This document shows, piece after piece, positions 31,629 to 43,986 of a DNA stretch of 64,000 nt (its first letter is position 1; every line of letters starts with the position of its first letter). A program made the translations under genes and the position numbers. The notes below the pieces were generated by a model that saw only the letters and a list, made by a program, of their open reading frames with translations, ran no database searches and was not told the origin of the DNA. The stretch lies in assembly GCA_017542055.1 (NCBI GenBank), contig JAFXXW010000023.1, positions 22,839-86,838 of the forward strand, given 5' to 3'. The DNA comes from Kiritimatiellia bacterium. GTDB lineage: Bacteria; Verrucomicrobiota; Kiritimatiellia; RFP12; UBA1067.

Positions 31629-31657
31629 ATTATATCATATTCCGCCCGAAAAATCAA
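31629..31657 (-). promoter_or_regulatory. Promoter of the lpxI-lpxB-secA-ispD operon. Its -10 element lies 8 nt from the lpxI ATG, so the first gene is predicted to be leaderless.
   Basis: Minus strand reads TTGATT, a 17-bp spacer, TATAAT, then ATATAACA and ATG. Confidence 0.65.
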
Positions 31658-31704
31658 GCAGAAAACCACCCGTCCGGACATTTTTCGGACCGACGACGCC
31701 AGGT

Positions 31705-32736
31705 CTACATCAGACGACGGGTGGCGATCATCGATAGCGTCACGGCCAATGCCGTCAACAGCGCGCCCGGCAAAAGAAACAGGCGGAAATGCTCGTGCCA
31801 ACGCTCGTAGACGTCGGCGTCGAGCTCGGTGGTCTCCAGCTGGTCGATTTCATCCAGCGCCTCCCCCAGCGCATTGCGATCGTTGACGGCGAAGTAGCGC
31901 CCTCCGGTAGTGGCGGCGATGGACTTGAGTTGCTCCTCGTTGAAGCCGAAACGTTTCATATCGATATTCTCGCCGCCAAACAGCACGTTCGGCACGATGG
32001 CCGGCACCAGATCCGTCCCGGTGCCCACCCCGATGGTGTAGACCTTGACGCCTAGCTTGGCGGCGGATTCGGCTGCCGCTTGGGGATCTACCGAGCCCAA
32101 TCCCTCCGAGTTCTCGCCGTCCGAGAGGAGAATCGCCACTTTGGAGACGGGTTTAGCCTCCTTGAGCCGCAAAATCGCGGTTGCCAGTCCGTCCCCGATG
32201 GCCGTTGCCCGCTCTTCGTTGAGGGCCGACGGCACCTGCACGCCCTCCAATACCTTCAAGAGCGCGGCGTGGTCGGCCGTGAGCGGACAACGCGTAGCGG
32301 CGAATCCGCCAAAGGTCACGAGTCCGATGAGATCGTCCGGACGCTTTTCCACGAATTGGGCGAAGAGTTTCTTGACTACGGCGAGGCGCGTCATGTCCCG
32401 GGTGAAACGGGTGGTGCCCGCCGGAGCCATATCGAGCGCGTTCATGGAACCGGACACGTCTACTGTCATCGCGATGGCGATTGCGTCCACCGCCTTGCGA
32501 TCGTGCGCGAACGGCGTGCGCGGACGGGCTGCGGCCACGATCGAAAGCGCGAGACCCAGCAGAAGCAGATAAGGCACCAGACCCGCCAGCCGGGCCCGCC
32601 AGCCGCCATTGGAGGCGGGGAGCCGGTCGAGGGCGGAGAATTTGATGCCCCGATTGCGTCCGCGCCGCAAGAGTCGCCACGCCGCAAGCGCCCAAATCGC
32701 GAACGCCAGGAACATCCAGGGATTAGCGAACGACAT
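31705..32736 (-). CDS. BatA-like von Willebrand factor A domain membrane protein
   Basis: Real start MSFANPWMFLAF. VWA MIDAS motif DVSGSM. C-terminal TM helix. Confidence 0.8.
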   Translation of the reverse strand: MSFANPWMFLAFAIWALAAWRLLRRGRNRGIKFSALDRLPASNGGWRARLAGLVPYLLLLGLALSIVAAARPRTPFAHDRKAVDAIAIAMTVDVSGSMNALDMAPAGTTRFTRDMTRLAVVKKLFAQFVEKRPDDLIGLVTFGGFAATRCPLTADHAALLKVLEGVQVPSALNEERATAIGDGLATAILRLKEAKPVSKVAILLSDGENSEGLGSVDPQAAAESAAKLGVKVYTIGVGTGTDLVPAIVPNVLFGGENIDMKRFGFNEEQLKSIAATTGGRYFAVNDRNALGEALDEIDQLETTELDADVYERWHEHFRLFLLPGALLTALAVTLSMIATRRLM

Positions 32737-33507
32737 TGTCCCCCTCCAGATAGTTTCTGGCGCAACCGGTCGCCTCCGACGCCATTTCGGGCGTGGCGGC
32801 AAGTCCCGCGAATTTGACGAGATCGGCCGACTCCAGGAAGTCTTTGAGCTGGACGGCCGAATCGGCGCAGACGGTGCGGGCCGCGACCAGGAATTCGCCG
32901 GTCGTCAGATGCGGCGCCTTGATGCCGTATTTGCGCTGAATGTAGCGCCGGACCACCATTGTCAGCTCCACGTAAAAATCTTTGTAGCGACCCTTGCCGG
33001 GCAAGTCCGCCCGGATGAGCCGCTCCAGTTCCACCCGGGCGCGTTCGATGGGCGAAAGATAATGCTCGCGCACCCGGCGAAAGGCGAACGCGAAAAACCG
33101 CCACAGCGCCCAGATCGCACCCGCGCCTGCCGCCAACGCCAAAGCGATTTCCGACGCCAGACGCCAGGTGAGCGGAGACAGGTCGCGCTTGGGCTCGGTC
33201 TCTATCGCACCCCCTACCGCCTCGCGCTTGGGCGGAGGATCGAAATAAACGGGACCGTACACCTTGCCTTCGAAGGCGAACGGCGCGATTTTGTAGACCT
33301 CGGCGCAAGGTTCGGGCACGAGTCGCCAACTGGTGGCATGGTCGTCGTCGTAATCTTCGGCCACGCTGAACCCGCGAAACCGGTTCCGCAGGTCGATGCC
33401 CTTGGGCGCGACCGTGATGAAAAGCGAACGGGCGGGGTCCACTTGCCGATCGCCGGAAACGATCACCGGACCTTCGCGGTATAGAACTGCGGCGAGCAAT
33501 AGCGCGA

Positions 33508-33511
<4 letters not shown>
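32723..33511 (-). CDS. DUF4381-like membrane protein of the MoxR operon
   Basis: Real start MIALLLAAVLY. ATGA overlap with the DUF58 gene. C-terminal YKDFYVELTMVVRRYI pattern. Confidence 0.55.
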
Positions 33512-35322
<1,811 letters not shown>

Positions 35323-35330
<8 letters not shown>

Positions 35331-37167
35331 GTTGCATTCCTTTCGCGAATTCCTTGAACTTGGGCCATGTCATGCCCCGGATTTGCTTTGCTTTCAAACT
35401 CAAATCGAGTTGCCGGGCGGGATCGCTCTCGCCGGCCTTGAGCCTTAGCAGATGGTCCACCCAGATGTCCCGGGCGCGATCCTGCATCTGCTTGGGCACG
35501 CTCTGGGAGCTGGAGTTGCTCAGCTCCGCCTCCAGCAGAACTTCGGTGTACCACTTGTCTTCCGTCGGGCTCAGCTTCTTTTCGAAATCGCTCTTGCCGG
35601 CGGACAGATAGGAAGAAACGAACTTGCGCGTGAAATCGTGCGACAGGACGGAAGCCGGCAAGAGTTCGCGCAACACCAGGATGAGCGCCTCGTCGTCCGG
35701 ATTGGCCGACAAAAGTTCCATCAGCGCCATTTCCGCCGGAGAAGGCGGCTCGATCAATTGCGCATCGAGTCCCGGCATGGGCGGATCGTACTCCTCGGCC
35801 TCCAGTTCTTCGACTGTGTCCGGCACGTGAACTTCGCCGCGCAAACCCGGCGAGGGACTTTTCACCTTGCCCAATTCTTCGAAAATCGCCTGTACCGGCA
35901 ACTTCAGGAGTCTCGCGGCTTCTTCCGCGAGCGTCGCCTTGAGCACCGCGTTTTTGCAGGCCGCCAAAGTGGCGATGACGGCTTTGGCCACACGGTTGAC
36001 CGCTGCGATGTCGTCCGGCTTGGCTTCCTTGGCCCGGGCCGCGCGCACCTGGAAAGCGACGATCGATTCCGCCTTGTCTTCGATCATCCGGCGAAACGCC
36101 TCGGCGCCATGACGCCTCAGGAAACTGTCGGGGTCGTCGCCGTCGGGCAGACTCGCCACCCGGACCGGGATCTCCTCCTGCAGCAGAATGGCGGCAGTAC
36201 GCACGGTGGCCTTGTGTCCGGCATCGTCGTCGTCGAAACACAAAAGCGCCGTATCGGCCACGCGCTTGAGCATCCGCGCGTGCTCGGGGGTGAAAGCCGT
36301 TCCCTGGCTGGCCACCGCGTTGGCGAAACCGTTCACGTGCAACCGGATGCAATCGATCTGCCCCTCGCAAACGATCACCTCGCGATGCGGCTCCTTGGCG
36401 ATGGGACCGGCCGCCTTGTCGAACCCGAAAAGCACTTGCGACTTCTTGAAAATGGGAGTTTCCGGCGAGTTGACGTATTTGCCGGAATGCTTGTTTTCCT
36501 CCAGCTGGCGACCAGAAAACGCCACCGCCCTGCCTCGCCGGTCGGCAATCGTGAACATCAGCCGCCCGCCAAAACGATGATAGCCCGCATCGCCCGCGCG
36601 CTCCGGTCTCCGGATGAGTCCGGCCTGCTCAAGTTCTTCCAGCTTGAAATGGTGCTTGGCCGCCCACTTTTCCATCACCGCCATGCCCTTGGGGGCGTAG
36701 CCGATGATATACTTCTCCGCGATTTCGCCGTCCAACGCGCGTTCCGCCAGATACTTCCGCGCATTGGCCGCTTCGGCCGTCTGCACGAGGCAGCGGCGAT
36801 AGAATTGCGCCGCCTCGCCCATAAGCGCGTAAAGTCGCGTGCGCAGGCCTTCTTCGGGGTCCGCCTTGTACTCCAGCTTGACCCCGGTCTTCTCCGCCAG
36901 CTTCCGGACCGCCTCCACGAACGAAAGCCCCTCTTCGCGCGCCACGAATGTAAACGCCGTTCCCGACACCCCGCAGCCGAAGCAATGGTAGTAGCCTTCG
37001 TTCTGGTTGATGACGAAACTGGGCGTCTTTTCGTTATGGAACGGACAGCAGCACTTGAGCGAGGAGCCCGCCCGGCGCACGTGATAGCCGTACGAGGCCA
37101 CCAGTTCGCCCAAATCGATGCGGGCCTTGATTTCCTCCAGTTGCGCTCGAGTGAATCCGGCCATCAC
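35323..37167 (-). CDS. dnaG: DNA primase
   Basis: Zinc ribbon CCPFHNEKTPSF. TOPRIM motif VIVCEGQIDCI. Confidence 0.9.
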
Positions 37168-37173
37168 GCCCCT

Positions 37174-38826
37174 TTAGATATGGCTGGGTGCGGCGATCCC
37201 CAAAAGATCCAACCCCTTGCACAGCACCCGACCGAACAACCGGCACAGTCGGAGACGGGCATTGCGCACTTGGGCTTCGCTCTTCAAGATGGGCGAATTC
37301 TGGTAGAAGCTGGAATAAAGCTGGCAGGTCTGGTAGAGGAAGTCCGCGAGCACGCTGGGCTTGTAGACCTCGGCCGCCCGGACCACCGCCGAAGGAAACT
37401 TCAACAGCTGCAGCGCCAACTGCTTCTCGAACGGCGATTCTACCGCGAAACCCGCGCTCTCGTCCAACGTCTCCGCCTTCTCCAAGAGCGAACAGACTCG
37501 CGCGTAGGCGTACTGGAGGTAAGGTCCGCTGTTGCCGTCGAGCGCCAGCGCCTTGTCCCAGTTGAAATCGATGGCGGTGGCCGGATCGTGGCTCAGATCC
37601 GCGTACTTGACGGCGCCGTAGCCGATTTCCTCCGCCAGTTTTTCGCTGGCGTTGCCGCGCTCCTCGAGCGTCGCCAGACACCGCCGGACCGCTTCCGACA
37701 GCAGATCGTCCAGCTTGATGAGATTGCCCTCGCGGGTCGAAATGGCCTTGCCTTGATAGGACATGAGCCCGAACGGCACGTGCACCAGCTTGACTCCGGT
37801 GTAGCCCATCTTGGCCGCGATGTCGAAAAATTGCCTGAAGTGGAGCTGCTGGCGATCGTCGGTGACGTAGATGATGCGCTCGGGCGCATACTCCTCCACG
37901 CGCGACTTGACGCACGCCAGATCGCTCGTGGTGTAGTTGTAGCCGCCATCCGACTTGCGCACGATGGCCACGCCCAACCCTTCGTCGTTCAAATCCACGA
38001 TGAGCGCGCCCTCGGACTCCTTGGCGAGCCCCAGCTCAATCAGCCGATCCACCACGCCCGGCATGATCGCGTTGTAGTAGCTCTCGCCGCGATAGGTGTC
38101 GAACTTGACGCCGAGCTTGCGGTACATCCGCTCGAACTCGCCGATCGAAATGTCGATAAAGCGCTTCCAGAGCTCCATGTTGGCTGCGTCGCCCTGCTGC
38201 AACCGGACCAGTTCTTCGCGGCAGGAGCTCTTCCATTCTTCCGACTCTTTGGCGCGCGCCGCCGACAGCACGTAGCACTTTTCCAGATTGGCCACCGACA
38301 GGTTCTCGCGTTCCTCGTCGGTGAGGCATTCGCGATAGCCCTTGATGAGAATGCCGAACTGCGTGCCCCAGTCGCCCAGATGGTTGTCCGCCACCACCCG
38401 GTACCCCAGCGCGCGGAAAATGCGATCGATCGCCGAGCCGATCACCGTCGAGCGGATATGCCCGATGTGCATCTGCTTGGCGGCGTTGGGCGAAGAGTAG
38501 TCGATGACTACCGTCTTGCCCTCGCCCTGCCTGGCGATCCCCAGGTTGGCGTCGGACTCCAACGCGGCCAGACGCGACCCCAGCCACTCGGGCGTTACCG
38601 TCAAGTTGAGGAAGCCGGGACCGGCCACCTCCGCCTGAATCGGCAACAGCGCCGCCACCTTTTCCGCGATGGCACGCGGCGGAAGCTTGAGCCGCTTGGC
38701 CAGCTTCAGCGCGTCATTGCACTGGAAATCGCCGAATTTGGCGTCGGTGGCGGGCAAAACCCGGACGAAGGAAAAATCCTCGCCCGGGAACGCCTGCTCG
38801 AACGCCTTCTGGACTATGCCGTCCAA
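37174..38826 (-). CDS. argS: Arginine--tRNA ligase
   Basis: HIGH motif as MHIGHIRST. 550 aa. Confidence 0.9.
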   Translation of the reverse strand: MDGIVQKAFEQAFPGEDFSFVRVLPATDAKFGDFQCNDALKLAKRLKLPPRAIAEKVAALLPIQAEVAGPGFLNLTVTPEWLGSRLAALESDANLGIARQGEGKTVVIDYSSPNAAKQMHIGHIRSTVIGSAIDRIFRALGYRVVADNHLGDWGTQFGILIKGYRECLTDEERENLSVANLEKCYVLSAARAKESEEWKSSCREELVRLQQGDAANMELWKRFIDISIGEFERMYRKLGVKFDTYRGESYYNAIMPGVVDRLIELGLAKESEGALIVDLNDEGLGVAIVRKSDGGYNYTTSDLACVKSRVEEYAPERIIYVTDDRQQLHFRQFFDIAAKMGYTGVKLVHVPFGLMSYQGKAISTREGNLIKLDDLLSEAVRRCLATLEERGNASEKLAEEIGYGAVKYADLSHDPATAIDFNWDKALALDGNSGPYLQYAYARVCSLLEKAETLDESAGFAVESPFEKQLALQLLKFPSAVVRAAEVYKPSVLADFLYQTCQLYSSFYQNSPILKSEAQVRNARLRLCRLFGRVLCKGLDLLGIAAPSHI

Positions 38827-38828
38827 GC

Positions 38829-38984
38829 TTAGGCCTCGGGCTTGGTCTTCTTGAGACCCAGACCGCGACTACCTTCCTTCCACTCGCCGCGCTTCTGGAG
38901 CAGGTCGACCCGCTCGAAACGCTTCAGCACGTTGCGCTTGGAAGTAATCTTTCCGGAACCTTTGAGAGACGGATGTTGGCTCAT
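38829..38984 (-). CDS. Small basic protein (51 aa, Sbp-like)
   Basis: MSQHPSLKGSGKITSKRNVLKRFERVDLLQKRGEWKEGSRGLGLKKTKPEA. Not present in the ORF track. An AAAGGA RBS. First gene after the 39012 promoter. Confidence 0.6.
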   Translation of the reverse strand: MSQHPSLKGSGKITSKRNVLKRFERVDLLQKRGEWKEGSRGLGLKKTKPEA

Positions 38985-39011
38985 GTTCTGCTTTTCCTTT
39001 CAAATAGTTGT

Positions 39012-39041
39012 ATTATATCATATTTCCGGGTGGAAAATCAA
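39012..39041 (-). promoter_or_regulatory. Promoter of the sbp-argS-dnaG-moxR operon
   Basis: Minus strand reads TTGATT, an 18-bp spacer, then TGATATAAT. Confidence 0.65.
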
Positions 39042-39045
39042 GGGG

Positions 39046-40116
39046 TTATTCCGCTTTTTCTTCGGCCGGCGGCACGAAGCGCTGGAAGTCGCCGCCCGCC
39101 TGGATGTTCGATTCCTTCAGCACCTGGATGATGTACTCCTGCTGGATCTGGCGCGTCTTCTGCTCGGTCAGATAGGCGACCACCTCTTCCCGGCCGGGCA
39201 ACTTCTGCTCCGAAGCCACCTTGACGAGAATGTGCGAAGCGCGCACCGATTCGGGCGCGGCCGGCTCGTCGCCTTCCGCTTCCACCGCCGGGGTCTTTTC
39301 CGTCACCAGGATGAGATGGTAGCCGAACTGCGTCTTGACCGGATCGGACACCACGCCCACCGGCAGCGCAAACGCCACCTCGTCGAACTCCTTGACCATC
39401 TGGCCGCGCGTGAAGGTGCCCAGGTCCCCTCCCTTGCGGGAGCTGGGGCAGGACGATTCAGCCTGCGCGAGTTCGGCGAACTTGGCGCCCACCTGCTCGG
39501 CCGGAGTGTCGTTGAGCGCCGCCTTGATCAGCTCGATCTTGGACTTGGCTTCGGCGTCGGTGGCGGCGTTCTTGGCGTTGTCGGCCTCGATCTTGGCGAT
39601 GATCTCGTCGGCTTCGGCGCTGACGTCGATATTGGCCTTGGCGGTCACGTCGTCCAACAACTTCTTGATGACGATGGCGTGCGTCAGCTCTTCGCGGGCG
39701 CGCTCCTTGCCGAAGGGAAACTTCTCCATGAACTCGTCCATCGTCTTGGGGGCGTCGGGCTGGCCCGCCACCACCTTGAGGAATTCATCCTCGCGCGCCT
39801 TGATGTCGGCGTCGGTGGCCACGAAACCTTCGGCCGTGGCCTTGGCGAAGAGCGCGTTCTCCATGAGGAACGTCTGCACCAGCTGGTTCTTGATCATGGC
39901 CCGGACGTATTCCTGCTGTTCCGCCGGAATCTCCTCGCCGTTGGCCGCAATCAGCGTGTCGATGTCGGACTCCAGCTGCCCGCGCGTCAACGTGACGCCG
40001 GCCACCGCCACCGCCATTTCGTCCGCGCCCTCGACCGGCGCCGAAGCCGTTTCCTTGCCGCAACCGGCGAGCATCGCAAGGCCCGCAAAGGCCGCAACCG
40101 CAATCGAATTTTTCAT
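39046..40116 (-). CDS. Parvulin-type peptidyl-prolyl isomerase lipoprotein (SurA/PrsA-like)
   Basis: Lipobox LAGC. Parvulin motif ASHILVK. Confidence 0.75.
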   Translation of the reverse strand: MKNSIAVAAFAGLAMLAGCGKETASAPVEGADEMAVAVAGVTLTRGQLESDIDTLIAANGEEIPAEQQEYVRAMIKNQLVQTFLMENALFAKATAEGFVATDADIKAREDEFLKVVAGQPDAPKTMDEFMEKFPFGKERAREELTHAIVIKKLLDDVTAKANIDVSAEADEIIAKIEADNAKNAATDAEAKSKIELIKAALNDTPAEQVGAKFAELAQAESSCPSSRKGGDLGTFTRGQMVKEFDEVAFALPVGVVSDPVKTQFGYHLILVTEKTPAVEAEGDEPAAPESVRASHILVKVASEQKLPGREEVVAYLTEQKTRQIQQEYIIQVLKESNIQAGGDFQRFVPPAEEKAE

Positions 40117-40823
40117 TGCAATTCTCCTTGTTCGTTAGCAATCAGTTTGAGGACCTCGCGCCGGAAACCGGGCGAAAAATCCAGATGGAAATTATAGTAT
40201 ACACCAATTACCCTCGCCGCGTCAAGCAGAATCTTCATATTTTTCTCGCGGCGCGGACGGAGCAAACATGCGGCAACCCTCGGCGTAATGGGCATTTGGC
40301 GACTGCTTTGGCCGGTGAACGACCCCTCCTCGAGGTAGAAGCGGCTGAACGGCGCCTGACACCCTGCGAAGTCCGGCGACACCCCCGCGAGGGTCAGCGC
40401 CGAAAGATCGAATTCGAGCATTTTCGCCATCGCGTCGACCCCGTCGGCCTCGTTCAGACCCTTGGCCAAAAGCGCGTACCACTCCTCCGCCTCGTGCCCG
40501 AGCGGCGAAAGTTCCCCCGCCACGTAACGCATGTATTCCGCCAACGCCAACGCCCGGTAGTCGCCGCGCAACCGGTCGCGCGACTCGACGATGGCGCATT
40601 CCCTCAGCGCATGCACGTCCGACCGCGCCCGCGCGTAATAGACGATTTCGCACGTGTAATTGAGATCGTACTGCCCCAGGAAAAAACTCTTAGGCCGCTC
40701 CGCCCCCTTGACGAGAGTCGTCACCTTGCCGGACGGTGTGAGCCAGGTCGTCACGTGGCTGGTCTTGGACCAGGGACGGATGGCGAGACAGATCGCCTCC
40801 GACTTTACCAGCTCGCCCGCCAC
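40113..40823 (-). CDS. recO: DNA repair protein RecO
   Basis: 236 aa with a RecO N-terminal OB pattern. Confidence 0.75.
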   Translation of the reverse strand: MAGELVKSEAICLAIRPWSKTSHVTTWLTPSGKVTTLVKGAERPKSFFLGQYDLNYTCEIVYYARARSDVHALRECAIVESRDRLRGDYRALALAEYMRYVAGELSPLGHEAEEWYALLAKGLNEADGVDAMAKMLEFDLSALTLAGVSPDFAGCQAPFSRFYLEEGSFTGQSSRQMPITPRVAACLLRPRREKNMKILLDAARVIGVYYNFHLDFSPGFRREVLKLIANEQGELQ

Positions 40824-41990
40824 CTATACCACCTTGCCCACGAGCCCCCGGTCGCTCGTTCCGGCCACCAGCACCTTGACTTTCGACTTCCTGGCGCCCG
40901 AAAGTCCCCTGCCCTGGCACTCGCACCAGACGTATTCGCCCGTCCACCCGCTGCAGTTCCGGTCGTCGCGGACGTTCTCCACCACCACTTCCACTTCCTT
41001 GCGCACGAAACGCCGCTTGAACCGGACGAAATTGGCCGAAGCGATCTGCGCGATTTCGCGCGCCCGGCTGCGACGCACCTCGCGCGGAAGCCGTCCCGGC
41101 AGCATGGCCGCGATCGTGCCGGGCCGCTCGGAATAGGGAAAGACGTGCGCGTTGACCAGATTGTGCCGCGCGAAAAGTCCCATCGTCTGATGGTGGTCGA
41201 GTTCGCTCTCGCCGGGAAAGCCAGAGATGATATCGCACCCCAGACACGCCCCCGGTAGCGTCTGGTCGGCGTATTCCAGCAGCTTGTCAAGGTCCTTCGC
41301 CGTGTATGGCCGGTGCATCGCCGTCAGCACCCGCTGCGACCCCGACTGGATGGAAAGATGCAAAAACCGGCAAAGATTCGGCTTTTCGGCCATCAAATCC
41401 ACGAGCTCGCGGGCAAAAGGTCCCGGCTCCACCGACCCCAACCGGATCCGGCACTCGCCGTCCAAATCGCACAACGCCGCCACCAGATCCGGAAAGCGGG
41501 GATACTGGCAGAGATTGCACCCCGTGACCACGATTTCGCGATATCCGGTGGCGATGAACGCCCGGGCTTTGGCCATCACGTCCTCGAACGGCACCGGACG
41601 CGACGCCCCCCGGAACTTGGGCACGATGCAATACGTGCAGGCGCTGTTGCAACCGTCCTGCACCTTGAGATAGGCCCGGGCCGTCCGGGTGGGCACGTGG
41701 ACGAGACCCGTCGCCACCTTGCCCGCCTCGCGAATCACGAGCGGCTTGGCGTCCTTGATGCATCCGGTCACCCAGATGCGCTTGTTGGGATACTTCTCCT
41801 TGAGCCGCGCGATTTCCGTTTCGCAATCGTGCTGGGCCTTGCCGGTGACCGAACAGGCGCGGATCACGATGAGATCCGCCTCCTGGTGGCTGTCGACTAT
41901 CTTGTGGCCCTTGAGCCTGGCCTGCGCTTCTTCTTCCAGCGCCTCCGCCCGGTTCAGCCGGCAGCCGAAAGTGTCGAAGCAGATGTTCAC
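40824..41990 (-). CDS. mtaB: Radical-SAM methylthiotransferase, MiaB-like (MtaB-type)
   Basis: N-terminal MTTase domain followed by CNSACTYC. Confidence 0.8.
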   Translation of the reverse strand: MNICFDTFGCRLNRAEALEEEAQARLKGHKIVDSHQEADLIVIRACSVTGKAQHDCETEIARLKEKYPNKRIWVTGCIKDAKPLVIREAGKVATGLVHVPTRTARAYLKVQDGCNSACTYCIVPKFRGASRPVPFEDVMAKARAFIATGYREIVVTGCNLCQYPRFPDLVAALCDLDGECRIRLGSVEPGPFARELVDLMAEKPNLCRFLHLSIQSGSQRVLTAMHRPYTAKDLDKLLEYADQTLPGACLGCDIISGFPGESELDHHQTMGLFARHNLVNAHVFPYSERPGTIAAMLPGRLPREVRRSRAREIAQIASANFVRFKRRFVRKEVEVVVENVRDDRNCSGWTGEYVWCECQGRGLSGARKSKVKVLVAGTSDRGLVGKVV

Positions 41991-41991
41991 G

Positions 41992-43227
41992 TCACTGCAG
42001 CTTGCGGCTCAGCAGCTGGAACTCCTCGAACGTCTGGCCCGGCACCTTGCCCGACCACAACTTCTGGGCCATCACCGGCATGGCGTGCGAAATGCGCTTT
42101 TGCACGTCGTCCAGGCTGGCCGCGTCGAGGAGATCGTTCCAGAGCGCGTATTTGCCGCCCACGATCTGCTCGCAATCCTCCGGAAACACCTTGTCGCCGA
42201 TCACGTTCGGCTCCCAGTTGTTGAAGAGGAACGGCAAATTGAGGTAGTCGTAGTAGTAGCCGGCCTTGGGCACGATGTACACCCAGCCGTCGGGAATGGA
42301 CACGATCGAATACCCGGCTGCGATCGCCTCTTCGGGCCGGTAGAACTGGTTGCTCCAGATGTCCATGTAGATGTCGCGATCGGCGATGACCGGAGTCTCC
42401 CCCCTCGCGTGCGACAGCGACCCCCACGCGCACGCCTTGTAGCCGTACTTGCGGACCATCTTGAACATGGCGTCGGTGAACTTGCGGAAATCTTCGGCCG
42501 CCGCCTTGTTGTATTCGTCGGTGCCCACGTGGCAGTAGGGCCCGGCGAACACCGGATCCTCGCCCGTCAGATACTCGGCGAAAAGCGGCTCCAGCCACGC
42601 CAGTATCTCCTCCTGCTTCGAGAGGTCGAAGTGGTCTTCGCCGTACTCCCGGGAGGCGAAATCCGGCCGGATGCGCGTAAAGGCCAGCGAGTGGGCCGGC
42701 ACGTCGATTTCCGGCACCACCGTCACGCCCTTCGTCTTGGCGTACTTCATGAAATCGCGGAACTCGCCCTTGGAATACGATCCGTCCTTGGCGGTCAATT
42801 CCGGATACGTGCTCGACTCCAACCGGAACGCCGCGTACTTGGTGGACCAGTCGGCCTTGGGATCCTTGCAGATTTCGTTGTCGTTCAGATGCAGATGGAG
42901 CGTGTTGAGCTTGTAGTAGCTCATTTCGTCCACCAGTTCCCTCAGATACGTCAGGGGAATGTACTTTCTCCCCACGTCCAGCAGAATGCCGCGCACCCGG
43001 TACTTGGGCACGTCCGTGATCTCCAACGTGCCTTTGCGCAGAAATTCGTCGCGCATCAGCTGCTTGAGCGTCTGGTTGGCCCAGATATACCCCGTAGGCG
43101 ACTCCGCCACCACCGACACCTGTCCGTTCGACATCGTGATCCGGTAGCCCTCCGGACCCAGCGACTCCGCCGGCCTCGGCTGGGGAATCACCGGCAGCAG
43201 CGCCGCCAACACCATTGTAGCCATCAT
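41992..43227 (-). CDS. Secreted GH20 beta-N-acetylhexosaminidase
   Basis: Signal peptide. GILLDVGRKY, LHLHLNDN, VPEIDVPAHS and HVGTDE motifs. Confidence 0.85.
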   Translation of the reverse strand: MMATMVLAALLPVIPQPRPAESLGPEGYRITMSNGQVSVVAESPTGYIWANQTLKQLMRDEFLRKGTLEITDVPKYRVRGILLDVGRKYIPLTYLRELVDEMSYYKLNTLHLHLNDNEICKDPKADWSTKYAAFRLESSTYPELTAKDGSYSKGEFRDFMKYAKTKGVTVVPEIDVPAHSLAFTRIRPDFASREYGEDHFDLSKQEEILAWLEPLFAEYLTGEDPVFAGPYCHVGTDEYNKAAAEDFRKFTDAMFKMVRKYGYKACAWGSLSHARGETPVIADRDIYMDIWSNQFYRPEEAIAAGYSIVSIPDGWVYIVPKAGYYYDYLNLPFLFNNWEPNVIGDKVFPEDCEQIVGGKYALWNDLLDAASLDDVQKRISHAMPVMAQKLWSGKVPGQTFEEFQLLSRKLQ

Positions 43228-43242
43228 GTTCGTTTTCCTTCC

Positions 43243-43986
43243 TTACTTCTTTCTGATTACCGGACTCGGCGCGGGATTGTAGACCGTCGAATATGGCGGC
43301 ACCGAATCCTTGAGCCATACGTTGCCGCCTATCTCGGAATCGTGGCCGATCGTCGTATCGCCCCCGAGAATGGTCGCCCCCGCATAAATCACCACGTTGT
43401 CCTCCACGTTGGGATGGCGCTTGATGCCCTTCACGAGCGAACCCGTTTCCGGGTCCCGGTCGAAGCTGAGCGCCCCCAAGGTGACCCCCTGGTACAGCTT
43501 CACGTTCTTCCCGATGACGCACGTCTCCCCGATCACCACCCCGGTGCCGTGATCGATGAAAAACCGCTCCCCTATCGTCGCACCCGGATGGATGTCGATG
43601 CCAGTCTTCGAATGGGCGATTTCGCTCATGATGCGCGGAATGATGGGCACCTGAAGCTTGTAGAGCTCGTGCGCCAGGCGATGGATGGTGATGGCGTAGA
43701 GTCCCGGATACGACATCACCACCTCCATCCGGCTCGTGGCGGCCGGGTCTCCCTCGTACGCCGCGGTCACGTCGCTGTCCACCAGCTTGCGCACCGCCGA
43801 AAGCCGGTTCATGAAATCGGTCACCGTCTTTTCCGGATCCCCCTTGGGCATCAACAGCCGCACCTCCTTCAAGAGGTCGCCCGCGATGTCCAGCTCGTTC
43901 GTCCGGCCCAGTTCGTCGTACACGCACGGATGCATGATCGCCATCGCGTGCCGGATTATGTGCGCCACTCTTTGCGGTAGTGTCAT
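43243..43986 (-). CDS. cysE: Serine O-acetyltransferase (hexapeptide repeat)
   Basis: Real start MTLPQRVAHIIRHA. Left-handed beta-helix repeats. ATGA overlap with metXW. Confidence 0.8.
   Translation of the reverse strand: MTLPQRVAHIIRHAMAIMHPCVYDELGRTNELDIAGDLLKEVRLLMPKGDPEKTVTDFMNRLSAVRKLVDSDVTAAYEGDPAATSRMEVVMSYPGLYAITIHRLAHELYKLQVPIIPRIMSEIAHSKTGIDIHPGATIGERFFIDHGTGVVIGETCVIGKNVKLYQGVTLGALSFDRDPETGSLVKGIKRHPNVEDNVVIYAGATILGGDTTIGHDSEIGGNVWLKDSVPPYSTVYNPAPSPVIRKK

Noticed and set aside
35452-38832. 1126-aa plus-strand ORF
   Set aside because: Antisense to dnaG and argS, with low-complexity R/L/G-rich composition. There is no room for a real gene.
41689-43980. 763-aa plus-strand ORF
   Set aside because: Antisense to the GH20 and cysE genes, with no domains.
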